This document shows positions 12,424 to 24,579 of a stretch of DNA of 64,000 nt, in pieces. This DNA is from Camelus ferus (taxonomy: Eukaryota): assembly GCF_009834535.1 (NCBI RefSeq), contig NC_045710.1, positions 21,700,001-21,764,000 on the forward strand, written 5' to 3'. Numbering within the stretch: position 1 is the first letter of the stretch; every line of letters starts with the position of its first letter. The position numbers and the translations under genes were made by a program. The notes under the pieces were generated by a model that saw only the letters and a program-made list of their open reading frames with translations, did not search any database and was not told the DNA's origin.

Positions 12424-14099
12424 CTGGAGGGGAAGAGGCCAGGAAGGGTCACCTCAGGATGCTTGGAAGCCACCATGTGGGATACCCTTCTGCCCCCACT
12501 GACAACTAGCACAGCTTGGTACGAAGCACTGGGGGTCCTAGCAGGAATCGACTGTCAACAGGTCACCTTGGAAAATGCTCAAGAGTCAGGGTCACCCGCC
12601 TCTGAAGTTTTTGTCCCCACACCCTATGAAGGGGATGGGCTAAGGACATGCAGGCCACCTCAGGAAGGCAAGGAATAATTCCAGGCTTTAGAGGGGAGAC
12701 TGAACAACACCCAGGCCAACCTGCATGGTCTTTGGTTTCTCCATTTGGATTGGTGTCTGTTCCTTATACTTGATATCTCAAGTGGCTACCAGCTAAGTCA
12801 CCCCCTAGCTGTCTTTAGAATGTCCCTTCTTTGAAAAGGAATCCTGAGAACACAGGAGATACAGCAAGAGGCAGATGAAGGGACACAGGGAATGAGGAAG
12901 GGTTCCAAGGGAGGGCGTGGAAGAGGAGCGGGAGGAGAGGAAGAAGGTCACGAGAAGTCAAGTCATTCCAAGAGGGTGCATGGGCGCCAGCACTCCTGGA
13001 GGACAGATCATTTGGCCCTGGAGCTCCTGCAGGGAGAGAAGGTGATAAACCAGATGGACAAGCAGCTTTCTGACAGCAAAAAGAAAGGGCATTCTGTGAG
13101 GTTCATCACAGGGAACAAGGAACGTTTCCTCCAAGTGCCGCAGATCAGAGAGCCATCAACTGCTCAAGAAGCCAGCACCACTTCCCAGCTCTTAAATCAG
13201 GGTGCGAGAGTGCTGGCATGATAGTTGTCAAAAGAGCACTTCCAAGAGGTGTCTCCCAGGCTGTGAAACGGGAAGGACACCTGTCCTTTGCCTTCATCGT
13301 GGGGCAAGGAAGATTTGGGAGTCAGATGCCCTGAGGGCAGCCACAGAGAGGACCCTGTTAGGTGCTATACCCCTCCTCTTCCATAACACCCCTACTGTCC
13401 AGCTGACCTCTCTACCAGTCCACTCATTGGCCACTTTTCCTTGGCTCAAGAATGAAATAAAGGTTCCTCAGCTGGCCAACCCCTGCTCTGGGACCTCGTG
13501 TCCTGTAAGCTGACATGGTGTTCATCTGGCCCTAGTTCTGCACCTTCCCCAGCTCCTGGAAGCCACCTCCTGGCCCCACGTCTTCTCCTGACCTCCATTT
13601 CTGCCGACACCTTCCAAGTCCTCCTGTGACTTGGATTGCTCCTCCTCTCCCACAGACTGGGCCCTTCTGCTGCCCCCACCAGACCCCCTGGATGCTGACC
13701 ACAGCCTCTCCTGATCTGGGGTCTTTTCCTGTCCCTCACACCTGGACAGGGCCACTAGCCCAGTGGAAGCCATGGTCCCCTAGTGCTGGGTCCTGCCTGT
13801 GGATTCTTCCGTCCTTTTTCAAATTGCTGGTGTCAGGAGAAGACCTAGACCAGAAAGTACTCCCTGGGGAGTGGAGTGAGAATTCTTGAAGCCTGAGAAT
13901 GGGTACACAGAGGTTCTTTACTCTCTTCCATCTAGTTCTAGACCTATATTTACTCCAAATTTTATATAAGAAAACATGGTGAAATGTATTCCTCTGGCTT
14001 TGTGAACATCACCATCCTACACATATCTTTGCCTTCTTCCAAGGTAAGCTGACAGGGCCTGTATGCACAGAGGCCATGTGAGAGCCATGACAATATGGC

Positions 14100-14285
14100 C
14101 AATGATGACTAATGTTTCTTGAGCACTTACTATGTGCCAGGCTCTCTTCTGGGAGCTTTACCCATGTTAATTTCACCTTCATAAGAATCTGATTAGGTAG
14201 GTATTCTTACTATCCCCATTTTACTGATGATGAAGGTCAAGGTTCAGAGAGCTTATCCTAAGTCATGGACTAGAAAGTGGCCGCT
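14100..14285 (-). mobile_element. MIR SINE (partly inside inverted-repeat arm A)
   Basis: ttgagcacttactatgtgccaggc...tatccccattttactgatg. Confidence 0.75.
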
Positions 14286-14860
14286 ACAGCCTCCTCTCCA
14301 ATAGCTCTGTTGCTGCTGCTGCTGGAGTCATAGCTGGTTCTGGGCCGTTTTACTTAAGTTCAATCATGGGAGATGTCTGTCTCTGAGACCCTCTTCCAGG
14401 TTGTAAATACTAAAAGTATAGACGAGCTCCTCCTCAGCAGGAGATAGCTAGCAAGAGATCCTTCCTCTGGGCCAGTTCCCAGCACCAGCCCGTGAGAAGG
14501 GAAACCAAGGTCACACACCTGGGAGGGGGCAGACCAAAGAGCAGGCCCCTCCCCTCACATTGATGGGAACAGGGGCAAGAGTGTGAACGGAGGCCCACAC
14601 TCCGCAGACTCCACACCAGACCAGGGGATGTACGGGTGCTGATTTCCAGCCTGGGATGCCTCCCTTTTCTTCTCACCCCTGCCTCTGTCTCCCACCATGA
14701 ACTCCCAGCCTGCGTCTCCCAGCTTGATAAATGGTCCCCTTAGGGTCTAGGTGTGTGTACTAGGGACACAGTCCAACCTCTGGAACAGACCCGGGGACAG
14801 AGATCCACACAGGTCCTGAAACCAGGCTTAGGTCATTCGGGTGGTGGGTTTTGGGGTCCC
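14175..14860 (+). repeat. Inverted duplication, arm A (intron 13)
   Basis: Aligns by eye with the reverse complement of 18452-19165; 14741-14828 vs 18484-18571 is 80/88 identical without gaps. Confidence 0.9.
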
Positions 14861-16127
14861 ACAAATTTGGCATGTGATGTAGAAAGCAGACGCTGGTCCT
14901 GGGCCCAGAGAATTCCTTAGCCTGTGGGGAGGGGAGAGAAGGACCCAGGTTTGAGGGCAGGGCTACCTGGGGGCCATTTGCCCAGGCCCACTGGACAATA
15001 GGCCTCAATGGGAGACTTCTGATCTGTCTGGAAACGAGGCTGAACACACAGTCATCCACATGGAAGGAAGATGAGGCTCGTCCCTCTGCCCCATTACCTG
15101 ACCACATAGCTTGCAGTGAACCATGAATTAGCCTTTTAAAAATAAACCCTGAAATTATCTTACAATCACAATACCCCAGCTTTGTGTTCTTATGTCAAAA
15201 ACATTAATGAATTAAATGTAAAAACTTAAAATATACCACAATTTCTGCAAGCTCGCTTTGGTATTTCTTTTAATATCTTAGGGGCTTCAAAAACCAGAAA
15301 TGCTAGGGGTAGCATGGGGGTGGGTGTGGAGTGTGGTTCTTTTGACACTGAGACACCCCACCCAAAAACGCCTTTCGGGAAGGAATGTATATGGGACACC
15401 AAGGCTGGGGCCTGAGGAAACCACCTGGAGACCCTCCAGGGAAGTGTGTGCACAGGCAGACACAGGGATGGAAGCCCTGACACTCACTGGACCTTCCATT
15501 AGCCTGTGCTTTACCAGCACCGAAATAATTCCACCTCACAATCCCCCAGAGGAATGCAGCTCTGTGGCCACATCTGCAAGGACAGAGGGGAGAGGAAGCA
15601 GGAGGCAGGAGTGGTGGGGCAGGAAGTGAAAAGAGGTTTTCCTATTCCCATTCTGTGGCCTGCCAGACTTCCCAGAGTGGCCGGTGATGCATGGCTTTAT
15701 TACCCTAATCTCCGAGTCAGAAATGAATTCAAGAAGGCAGCACTGGTTGCTCAGGCTGGCCTGGCTGCAATCGGTGAGCACGGACAGTTCCATCTAGGGA
15801 CCCGGTGAAGTCAAACCCCTCACCCCTAAAGCACACAGACATAGCTGGACCCATGGAAGGTAATCCAGAGGCCATCCTGAAGGTGGTGTGAGCAGCCTTG
15901 CCTTCCCCTCACTGAGATGGATTGGTAAGGGGCTGAGAAGGAGGGGGTCCTCTCCTGGCCTTCCAGCCCTTTTGCTCCTGCCCTGGATGAGGAGAACTGA
16001 GGATGGGGAGGGGATGGTCCAGGCCAGAAGTCTCTGGAGAAGCTAAGTCAGGGGCCCACGCACAGGGGCTGATCTTAGAATGACCTAGAGCCACCTCTGG
16101 TGGACGAGAAGGCAATTAGCCCGGGGC

Positions 16128-16335
16128 AGTGCTTCTCAGCTGGGGTGATTCTGCCCCTATCCACCCCTCAGCCCCAGGGAAGACGTTTTCTGACTGTTAG
16201 GACTAGGTGGGAGGGGGTATTATTCATGACTAACGGGTAGAAGCCAGGGGTGCCACTGACCATCCTACAGTGCACAGGACGGTCCCCACAGCAGGCATCC
16301 GGGACCGGTGTCAATGGTGCTGAAGGCGAGAAACA
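16128..16335 (+). mobile_element. MER20 (hAT-Charlie) DNA transposon
   Basis: cagtgcttctcagctggggtgattctgcccc...catcctacagtgcacaggac...gtcaatggtgctgaagg. Confidence 0.75.
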
Positions 16336-16379
16336 GCCTAGCCTTAAATGCTTGGTCTCTGGAGGCAGCAGTATAAAGC

Positions 16380-16510
16380 CTGCTCTGGTGTGACTCGAGT
16401 GTGGCCTAGGTGGCCTTGGTCAACTTCTCTCAGCCTCGTTTACTCCATCTATGAAATGGGGGCACCACCAGGACGTGGTTCACGGGGTCGTTGTGAAGAT
16501 TCAACAAGAA
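16380..16510 (+). mobile_element. MIR SINE
   Basis: ccttggtcaacttctctcagcctcgtttactccatctatgaaatgggg core. Confidence 0.6.
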
Positions 16511-17404
16511 GATGCAAGTGGAACCCTCGGCCCCGTGCCTGGTGGAGCAGGGTCCCTGTCAGCAGTATTTTTCTGACACGTGGGCAAGAGGGGTGGCTCG
16601 GTGAGGATGGAGAAACATTTAGATGTGGAGAGAAGTGAGGAGGCTGGGTTTTCATTAAGGCAGGAGCCCAGGTCATTTTCTGATGGTGGCAAGTTCCTCG
16701 TTCAAAAATTCTTCTGGGCAGGAAGAGTAAACACGGAGATGATGCAGTGGCTGGGATGCTGTGCTGGGGTGAGACAGCCGAAATAGCTCTGTGACAAGAG
16801 ACGCTTCTGTTCTAGATCCTTTATGCTCACTGTTACATAACCGTCACAGCCACCCTGGAAGGTCAGCGTGTGTTGATGGACAGGGGACTGAGGGCAGTGG
16901 TTACTCTGGGCAATGCCAGGGGCAGACCCCGGGGTCACCTGGGAATGTGGAACGTCCTTGGTGGGACGGGATCTGAGCTGAGTGCGTCCAGGGCCACAGG
17001 CTGGCCTCCAGCCTCTCAGGCCACACTGGGTGATGCACCAGTCCACCCAAAATGCCTGGAATCCCTCTTCAGACAAGATGTAGACAGTGAGCGAGAAGGT
17101 TCGAATGAACCTTTAGCTCAGCTGACCCCTTGGTACATCTGTACTACTGTGGGGTCTCCCAGATGCACTGACTGGCCGTGCGGGGGACCCTCATCAGCTG
17201 CAGGCACAGACCTCGCTGCTCCCCGCTGGAGGCCCTCTGACCAGGGGCGGCTCTGAGACACACTCCTCTCCTTCCACTGGGATCTGCGCTAGACTCCCTT
17301 TCGGGGTCTGTGTTTCCAGGCCATCCCGTCCTTTCCTCCTAAGTTGTAAGAACACACTTACACATATGATTGCAAACCCATACCTAGCACGTATGGTGTT
17401 GGGT

Positions 17405-17545
17405 TATGTTGTTGGGCTCTGGAGTGACTGCCGGGGCTGGAATCCTGGCTCACCTGTTTATTAACCCCATAAACGTGGCTGAGTTACTTACTCTATGCCT
17501 CTGTCCCCTCGTGTGTGAAATGAAGACAACAGCAGACCCTACTAC
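17405..17545 (+). mobile_element. MIR SINE
   Basis: ggctctggagtgactgcc...gaatcctggctc...ttactctatgcctctgtcccctcgtgtgtgaaatg. Confidence 0.6.
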
Positions 17546-18451
17546 AGACGCTAACCCCTACACGAGTCCGGAAAGGTGCTAGCCACAGAGCAAGTGCTCA
17601 GCTCCTGCCTGCGACCTGACTGTGATGATGGAGGAAGCCAGCAGGAGGCAAGGCGGCCCTGGAGAGCTTCCTCCAAACACTGCCTCTGCTCTGCCTCCCA
17701 GGAGAGATGCTGGAGAGGTGGCTGCAACAGAGCTATTCCCAAGAGCGTGCTGAGAAAGCCGGGCAGCAGAGGCTCGTATCAGGCAGGGAAGTAAGGTGGT
17801 TGCAGACTCACTGAGAGGTGCTGATGTGAGTCCAGGTTTGGGGGAAGGGCTCTGACCTTCATCACCCTGACTCAGGCTATCCAGCTGCCTGTATGCATCC
17901 TTCCTAAGCCAGTAGCCTGACTTGCTGGGGGTGCAGCTGGAAGGGTTCACTGCAAGGTTTCAAATTTACACTTCTTCCCTTTCTCTAAATTAGGATAGCA
18001 GTTAGACTGATGCACCTGTATTCTTTCTATCTTTCACAAATATTTTTCTAGGGAATCCAATACAATTGAGAGGGAACTCGTTACCCTGGAGGTTTCTGGG
18101 GCTTAACGCATTTACAAACGGATGGTGTGTTTCTCCTGTTTCTCACCCAAGGCATTGGGTGCCGCCATCTTGAATGCACGCCCAGATTAGACATTTGGCT
18201 CTGAGGTTGGCAAGCCAACCAAGAAAGGGACGTAAGGGGGGATGAGGGATGGATGGGGCTGTGGGATGGATGGAGTGGGGTCATGAGCCAGCACCGGAGT
18301 CAGAAGACAGTCGTGGTCAGGTGGTCTCTTCTCAACAATAAGAACACCCGTGTCCCCACGGGACACACCACCCGGAGAGTGAGTGCACAGCTGGAAGCAG
18401 AACTCAGACCTCCTGACCCCTACCCTCGGCTGCTCTTTCACCCCACACATC

Positions 18452-19165
18452 GAGGACCCTAAAATCCCCCACCCAAACACGGGAGCCTGGTTTCAGGACC
18501 CGTGTGGACCTCTGCCCCCAGGTCTGTTCCAGAGGGTGGACTGTATCCCTAGTACATACACCTTGACCCTAGCGGGACTGTCTAGAGGGGAGTGAGCAAG
18601 TGAGAGACAGGTGGGCTGGGAGTTCACGGTGGGAAACAGAGGCAGGGGTAGGAAGAAAAGGGAGGCATCCCAGGCTGGAAACCAGTGCCTCTGCGTCCCC
18701 TGGTCTGGTGTGGAGTCCTCGAGTATGGGCCTCCATTCACACTCTTGCCCCCCTTTCCATTAATGTGAGGGGAGGAGCCTAATCTCTGATCTGTCCCCTC
18801 CCTGTCCTGACATGGGGCATGACCTTGGTTTCCCTTCTCATAGGGGCTGGCGCTGGGAACTGGTCAAGAGGAAGGATCTCTTGCCTTGACAGGAGAGAGC
18901 TGATCTACACTTTTAATATTTACAACCTGCAAGAGGGATCGCAGTGACAGACATCTCCAGCAATTGAACTTGAATAAAAAGGCCCAGAACCAGCCATGAC
19001 TCCAGCAGCAGCAACAGTGGAGCTATGGGGTGGTGGCTAGATTTCCCAAACCCTGTCTTCCTCACTTGCTAGTCTACGACCTTGGACAATCTCTCCAGGC
19101 CTTTGTTTCATCATCTGTAAAATGAGGAGAATAGTAATACCTAATTAATCAGGTTTTTATGTCAC
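18452..19165 (-). repeat. Inverted duplication, arm B (intron 13)
   Basis: Reverse complement of arm A, including the same partial MIR at its outer end. Confidence 0.9.
19060..19155 (+). mobile_element. MIR SINE fragment (inside inverted-repeat arm B)
   Basis: gaccttggacaa...tttcatcatctgtaaaatgaggagaatagtaatacc. Confidence 0.7.
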
Positions 19166-20484
19166 ATCCTTGATATGTCCTCTCAGAGACAGAGAGGTGG
19201 GGGCAGGAGGGAAGGCTGAATGGGTCACACGAAGGGGTCTGAGGGGCAGATGCAACTCCCTGCGGCCAGGCTGAGGGGCAGGACAAGCAGGGAGAGCAGG
19301 AGGGAACCCCGGATGCCACAGTGCACTTGCATAAGGGGAGGCAGGAAGACAGGGCCACTAGTGCATGTAGGGAGGAGGCGGGAACACGGAAGGGAAGAGA
19401 AAGGGAACATCCATCAGTCCTGAGAGGGTGTATACACCACATACGCGCACACACTTGGGGGAATATTCTAGCTGAAATAGTTATGTGGATTCCTATCAAT
19501 GGGTGTCACGCCTTCAGAACGCTGGGCCAGGCATCCCAGGCCTGCTGTTGGCCGCGGGCCCTGCTAGGAGGGGTGCTTTTTAAGTCTGCCTCAGCCCATC
19601 TTGCTCCCCAGTGTGCAGCCCAGTGCCCAGTGCACCGCTGACACATGGTGACATCTGTTGAAATGAATGGAACATCTTTCCATCTCAGTGTGTTCTTCTG
19701 AGATCCCGAATTCACACTACTGCCACACAAACCCAACTGTTCTCTCCAAAGCAGAGAGGAGTGACAGTTTGGCACTCTCTTCCAGAAAAGAACTCTTTGC
19801 TCACTTGAAGACTGTTAGTGTGATCCACTTTAATTTCCCACAGATGACAGCCTTTTCCCCTCCCCTTTCTCACTCCACCAGAACATTGGCTACAGTAGGT
19901 ACCACCACCCTCCAGTCAAATAGAGGCCCGGCAACCTTTGCCTGGGGCTGGGATACTGGAGGTCCCTCCCTGAGACCCAGAGATCCCATCACTCCCCCTC
20001 CCACTTTCTTATGCAGCCAATCACATTAGGTACCAGAAAAAAAACCCTGCTTTGCTAGAAACAGATGAGGCAAACTCCTATCCCAGGGAAAGGGGGCAAC
20101 AACATTCTTGCTATTTGTGACCCCCCACGAGCAGAGCCCACACAAACAGACTGAGAAGAGAGGGAAGTCCGTTATCTACTTATTTTACAAAATGCCACTT
20201 GAGCAAATGGTGTCATCCACATTCTCAGCCGACCCAAAGTAAAACTGACACCCATGGTGTTTCTCTTCTCTCTTCCTGTCTGACTCAGACAGCCCCTCCC
20301 GTGTCCCGCTGGACAATTTTTGGAGAAGTCCTGGCAAGCTGGAGTTTGGTGGTGAGAGGCCTTGAATGCCAGGCCAAAGGTGCGAATTTTTGCAGTAGAC
20401 AACAGGGAGACACTGAAAGCTGTGTAGTGATGGGGAACGGTAGTTTGGTGACTGCATGTTGCTGGAGGCTGTGGTCATAATCTA

Positions 20485-20705
20485 ACGGTGGTTCCCAAGC
20501 AGGGTGGTTTTGTCCTCCAGGGACATCTGATCACGCCTGGAGACAGTTTTGATTGGCACGACTGGTGTGTGGAGGGTGCTACTGGCATCTGGTGGGCAGA
20601 GACTAGGGATGCAGCTAGACAGCTTACAGTGCACAGGACCATCACCACCACAAAGAGTGATCTGGCCTCAATGTCAATAGTGCCAAGGCCGAGGACCACT
20701 GATCT
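20485..20705 (+). mobile_element. MER20 (hAT-Charlie) DNA transposon
   Basis: ggtggttcccaagcagggtggttttgtcctccagggacatctg...ctggagacagttttgattggcacgactgg...tgctactggcatctggtgggcagag...gtcaatagtgccaagg. Confidence 0.85.
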
Positions 20706-22534
20706 GGCAGGAAGAAATGAACGCTGGGTCCAAGAGCAGCTATTCTGAGGGAAGAAGTGATGGGACTTGCCAGAACGGGGGATGTAGGAAAAAGAGGAGC
20801 CACGGGAGATGGACAGGACTGGAAGCACAGCGCTTAGAAGAAGGCGGCCACCTGGAGAGAATGTGTGGGATGGTGAGATGGCCGGGGTGCCTGACACGGG
20901 CTTGGAGCCACCTGCTGGCTTGAATTTCAGAGGCGTTTGTCATGGTTGTAGGACTCACCTGATCATGCAGCGTGGGAGATGAAGGGTTCAGGAGGGAGGT
21001 TTAAGTGTAAACCCGCCATCCCCTGAGCCCTGTCCTGGAGTCTCACAGCCTCCTCCCTCTGAGGATAAAACCCAGCCTCCTCAGCTTGGGATGCACCATG
21101 ATGTGCCTCTTCCCTCCTCTCCAGCCTCACCTGCTGCTGCTCCCTCACCATCCCACCCTTCTGATCACAGTCCCCTGCAGCCTTTCAAAGGCAGCCTGCC
21201 TCCCAGCCCCAGGCCTTGGTCCACGCTGGACTTCCCGGCCTGCCCTTTCTCCCCTTCCTGATCTGTCCTATTTCTACTCATCTCTCAGGATGCAGCTCAT
21301 TTTCAGGTCCTCTGGGAAGATGTCTCCAACCCTTGTGCATAAGCTGGATACCCTCTCTCTGCACGTCTATAGCACTGTGGGCCAAGCTCTATCCAGGACA
21401 GAGATTATATGGCAATGGCTGCTGACTTCCTTCTTTCTGCATTAGATCCCTGGAGGTACCATGGAGGGCTGCAACCCAGCTTTCCCTGTGCATCTCCACA
21501 GTCAGCAGAGAACGTAGATGTCTGCTGAATGAATGAATGAATTCACAGATGGACGAAGATAAGAATTTGTGTCAAAACAAAGAAGGTTGCCAAGGCTGGA
21601 GGCATGGATAAAACCTCCAAGAAACCATTTATAGAGAAAAGAACAGTGAATTGAGAACCTTGGTGAATATGCACTGTAGGGGTATGAGAGTTGGGGAGAG
21701 GAGCTGGAAAAAAAAAAAAAAACAACCCAAAAAACCAGAGGTGGAAAGAACAGGAACGCAGGAGAATCAGGATCACACAGTGTCACAGAGCCAAGAAGGA
21801 AGTTATGAGATGCATGTGCTTTAATGCATCCAGAAGGCCAAGTGTTACAGAGGTTGAGACAGGCTGTGAGTTTGTCAGCAACTTTTAAAAGAGTTCCATC
21901 CTCAGAGGGGAGGATACTGACCCACGGTGCTGATGAATCAGCTAAGGCACAAGTAAACCTTTCTGAGGAGGGGTGAGGGAGGTCCCTCCAGACTGGGGGG
22001 AAGCAGGAGATAGCACAGGGGGAGCCAGACAGGGATGATCAAGGGCCCTGCCCAGAGATGGGGGCGGCAGACAGTGGGGATGGTTTTACCACATCTGATG
22101 TGACTACCTGGAAGTCAGGGTTAAGTCGGCGGGCAGACTCACAGAACGAGCATTGCATCCTGGAGGCAGTGACACCCAGCAGCATGCTTTTCTCTCTGCA
22201 TCTCTTACTTTAGAGCTACTTGTGCCACCCACCCTGCCTCACCCAGCCCACACTTACTGCCAGCAGCTTGGACACCAATGACACACTCATTAAACTCTTG
22301 CTAATTTCATGGCAATTTCCTATCGGTGCTAAACTGCCTGGTGAGGCATCTTTCAGAGAGTCCGTGCATTTTCAGGCCTAATGGAGTGAACCCAGCCCCA
22401 GAGTAAGGGGGCTCATGCTTCTCCTGCTCTGCTGCTGAGCTCTGGGTATAACTGACACCTGATGTCATGTAAAAGCAAGTCACAGAGGCTTAAGTCCACG
22501 CACACGTTCAAGTATCCCCAGCCAGTGACTTTAC

Positions 22535-22679
22535 CTGGGACTTTGCATCCTTGCCTTCGATCTTGACACAGGGGCTTAACCTGAGGTTGGAGATCTCCTG
22601 GTCTTTCTGCTTTTGAGACTCTAGGCACTTCTGCCTCTGTCGGATATTGCCCTTCTGGATGGAGGCATCCTTAGGCACT
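22535..22679 (-). CDS. GALNT14: GALNT14 coding exon 13 (145 nt), linker and lectin alpha repeat
   Basis: Translates (R)[48 protein letters not shown]; TAG/GTAAAG sites. Confidence 0.96.
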
Positions 22680-23167
22680 CTAGAGGAAAGCCACAGGACG
22701 GATGAGAACCCACGGCTCTTTGGATGTAACACCAGCAGCCACTAGAGAGGTCAGGCAGGTGTTGGGAGAACAGCAGGGGCATTTTGCTTTGGGCTGTGCT
22801 ACCATGACTTGTACTGCTCAGGGCCTGGGGGTAGGGGAGGTACCACTAGGAACAAGGCAGCAAGGAAAGACCCAGTAGTCTGGAGCCTGGACCGGAATCA
22901 GGGTTAGTGAGTCCATGCCCTGAGGTCACACCCCGGAGCTCAAACCCCCACAGCTAAGAAATAACTGCTAAGCCGACCTCAGTCCCTCATGCTACTGATT
23001 AATGTAATTCCTCTTCGGGTGTCAGGGATAAGAGGAGTTAACTGGTCTTCTCAGACCTCCATGTACTTAAAAACCCTCATCCAGATGGCCACAGGCGGTC
23101 CCCTCTCCAGACTGAGTCAGCTGAGTCTCCCTGCAGCCAACCAAGGCTCAGGCCATAGGGGAGGTAC

Positions 23168-23251
23168 CTGAGTTCTGGATAGACATTCTCCAGGTACCAC
23201 TTGAAGCTCTGGCACTGCAAATTCCTCCTCAGGTCCACTCTGCTCTCAATG
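23168..23251 (-). CDS. GALNT14: GALNT14 coding exon 12 (84 nt)
   Basis: Translates (N)[27 protein letters not shown](R), the conserved [12 protein letters not shown] motif; CAG acceptor, weak GTACCT donor. Confidence 0.95.
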
Positions 23252-24579
23252 CTGGGGTGACAGGGGTGGGTAGACACAAAGACAAAATATAGCTGTGTCA
23301 GAGACAGGTACCAGTCACACGCACCCAGGGTGGGAAGTGCAAAACACAGGCTGTGCTCATGCTCTGCGCCCACGTCTCTCCAGAGGGTGCTGGGGAAATC
23401 AACTGAGAGCTCCAGACAGAACTATGGAAACACTTAGTGATATCTCACAATGGTGCAGTAATGGCACCGAAGATTTGTGCTTTTATTTGAACATAGAATT
23501 TGAGGGTGTTTTTTCCTTTTCATTAAAAACAAGGCTACAAGCACATTCAGTGGGTTGTTAATAATTCATCACCAGGGCTCTGGGTCTACTTACTCACAAA
23601 TCTCTCTTTGGCTTCAGATGTTGAAATACCATCCCCCTCCTCTAGACCACTCCAGCCTCAGAAAACCCTGTTCTTTAGCTGGTTTGGGGCATGGTCATGT
23701 ATTTGTTCATCACGCATTTACTGAGGACCTATTTTGTGCCATTGTGCCCAATGTGGGATGTGATGGTAAGCTTTCAAGCAAGAGATGGGTAATGAATGAA
23801 CCAAGTGCTCACAACCTGATGTGGACATGGGCTGGGCCTGCGGGGCATGTGGCAGCCCCTCAGAGGTGGCGCTTTGCTTGTTGGGGTTGGTGGTGGTCAG
23901 GTGGTAATGTGGAAGCTGGAATCTGGAAGGAAAGGGGACGTTGCCTAGACAAGCCACAAAGTGGGTGAGGTGGTAGGCCCTGGTAAGGGCAGGGAAGAGC
24001 CACGAGAGATGAGTGTGTGTGAAGTGGGAAGGGTTCCGCTGGCAGGAGCAGCGCTACAAGAAGCTAGAATATGTATGGGAGGAGAAGGGAAGCGGGGGCG
24101 TAGAGAGGACAGACACAGACCATAATGGGTCTGGGGGAGGAGCTTGGGCTTTAAGGGCAATGGGATGCCAAAGACGGGTTCTCAGCAGAGCATGACATGG
24201 TGATGCCCGTCCTTTAAGAGCATCTTACTTATGGTGAACGGATCTGACGGGCAAAGCTAGGAGGGTGGATAGGAGGCGGCTGTAGAAACCAAGGTACTGA
24301 CCATGCTTTCTGGCAGAGAAGTGGGGGCAGGAATGGAGAATAGGGACAGGTGCAAGTCCCTCCATTTCTGTCTGCACCACCAGTCCTGCCTGAGTTCCCT
24401 TTACACCTTGTCCTTCCTGGGCAACCACACAGAACTGGCCCTGCTCTGTCCAGCCTCACCTCCTTCCACCCCAGAGATGGGACCAGGTGCTCTCAAGGGA
24501 CTAGGACTTCTTATTCAGCACTAACCACATTTCCTCATCAGACTCTAATCAACAAGAGGGCAGGAATAACATTTTTTTA

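Noticed and set aside
16088-16106. CTCF-like CCACCAGAGGTGGC
   Set aside because: Mismatches in the GGC core; weaker than the site at 31074
17096-17113. AAGGTTC-GAAT-GAACCTT hairpin containing a tRNA B-box-like GTTCGAA
   Set aside because: No A box or cloverleaf; a 7-bp stem is expected by chance in 64 kb
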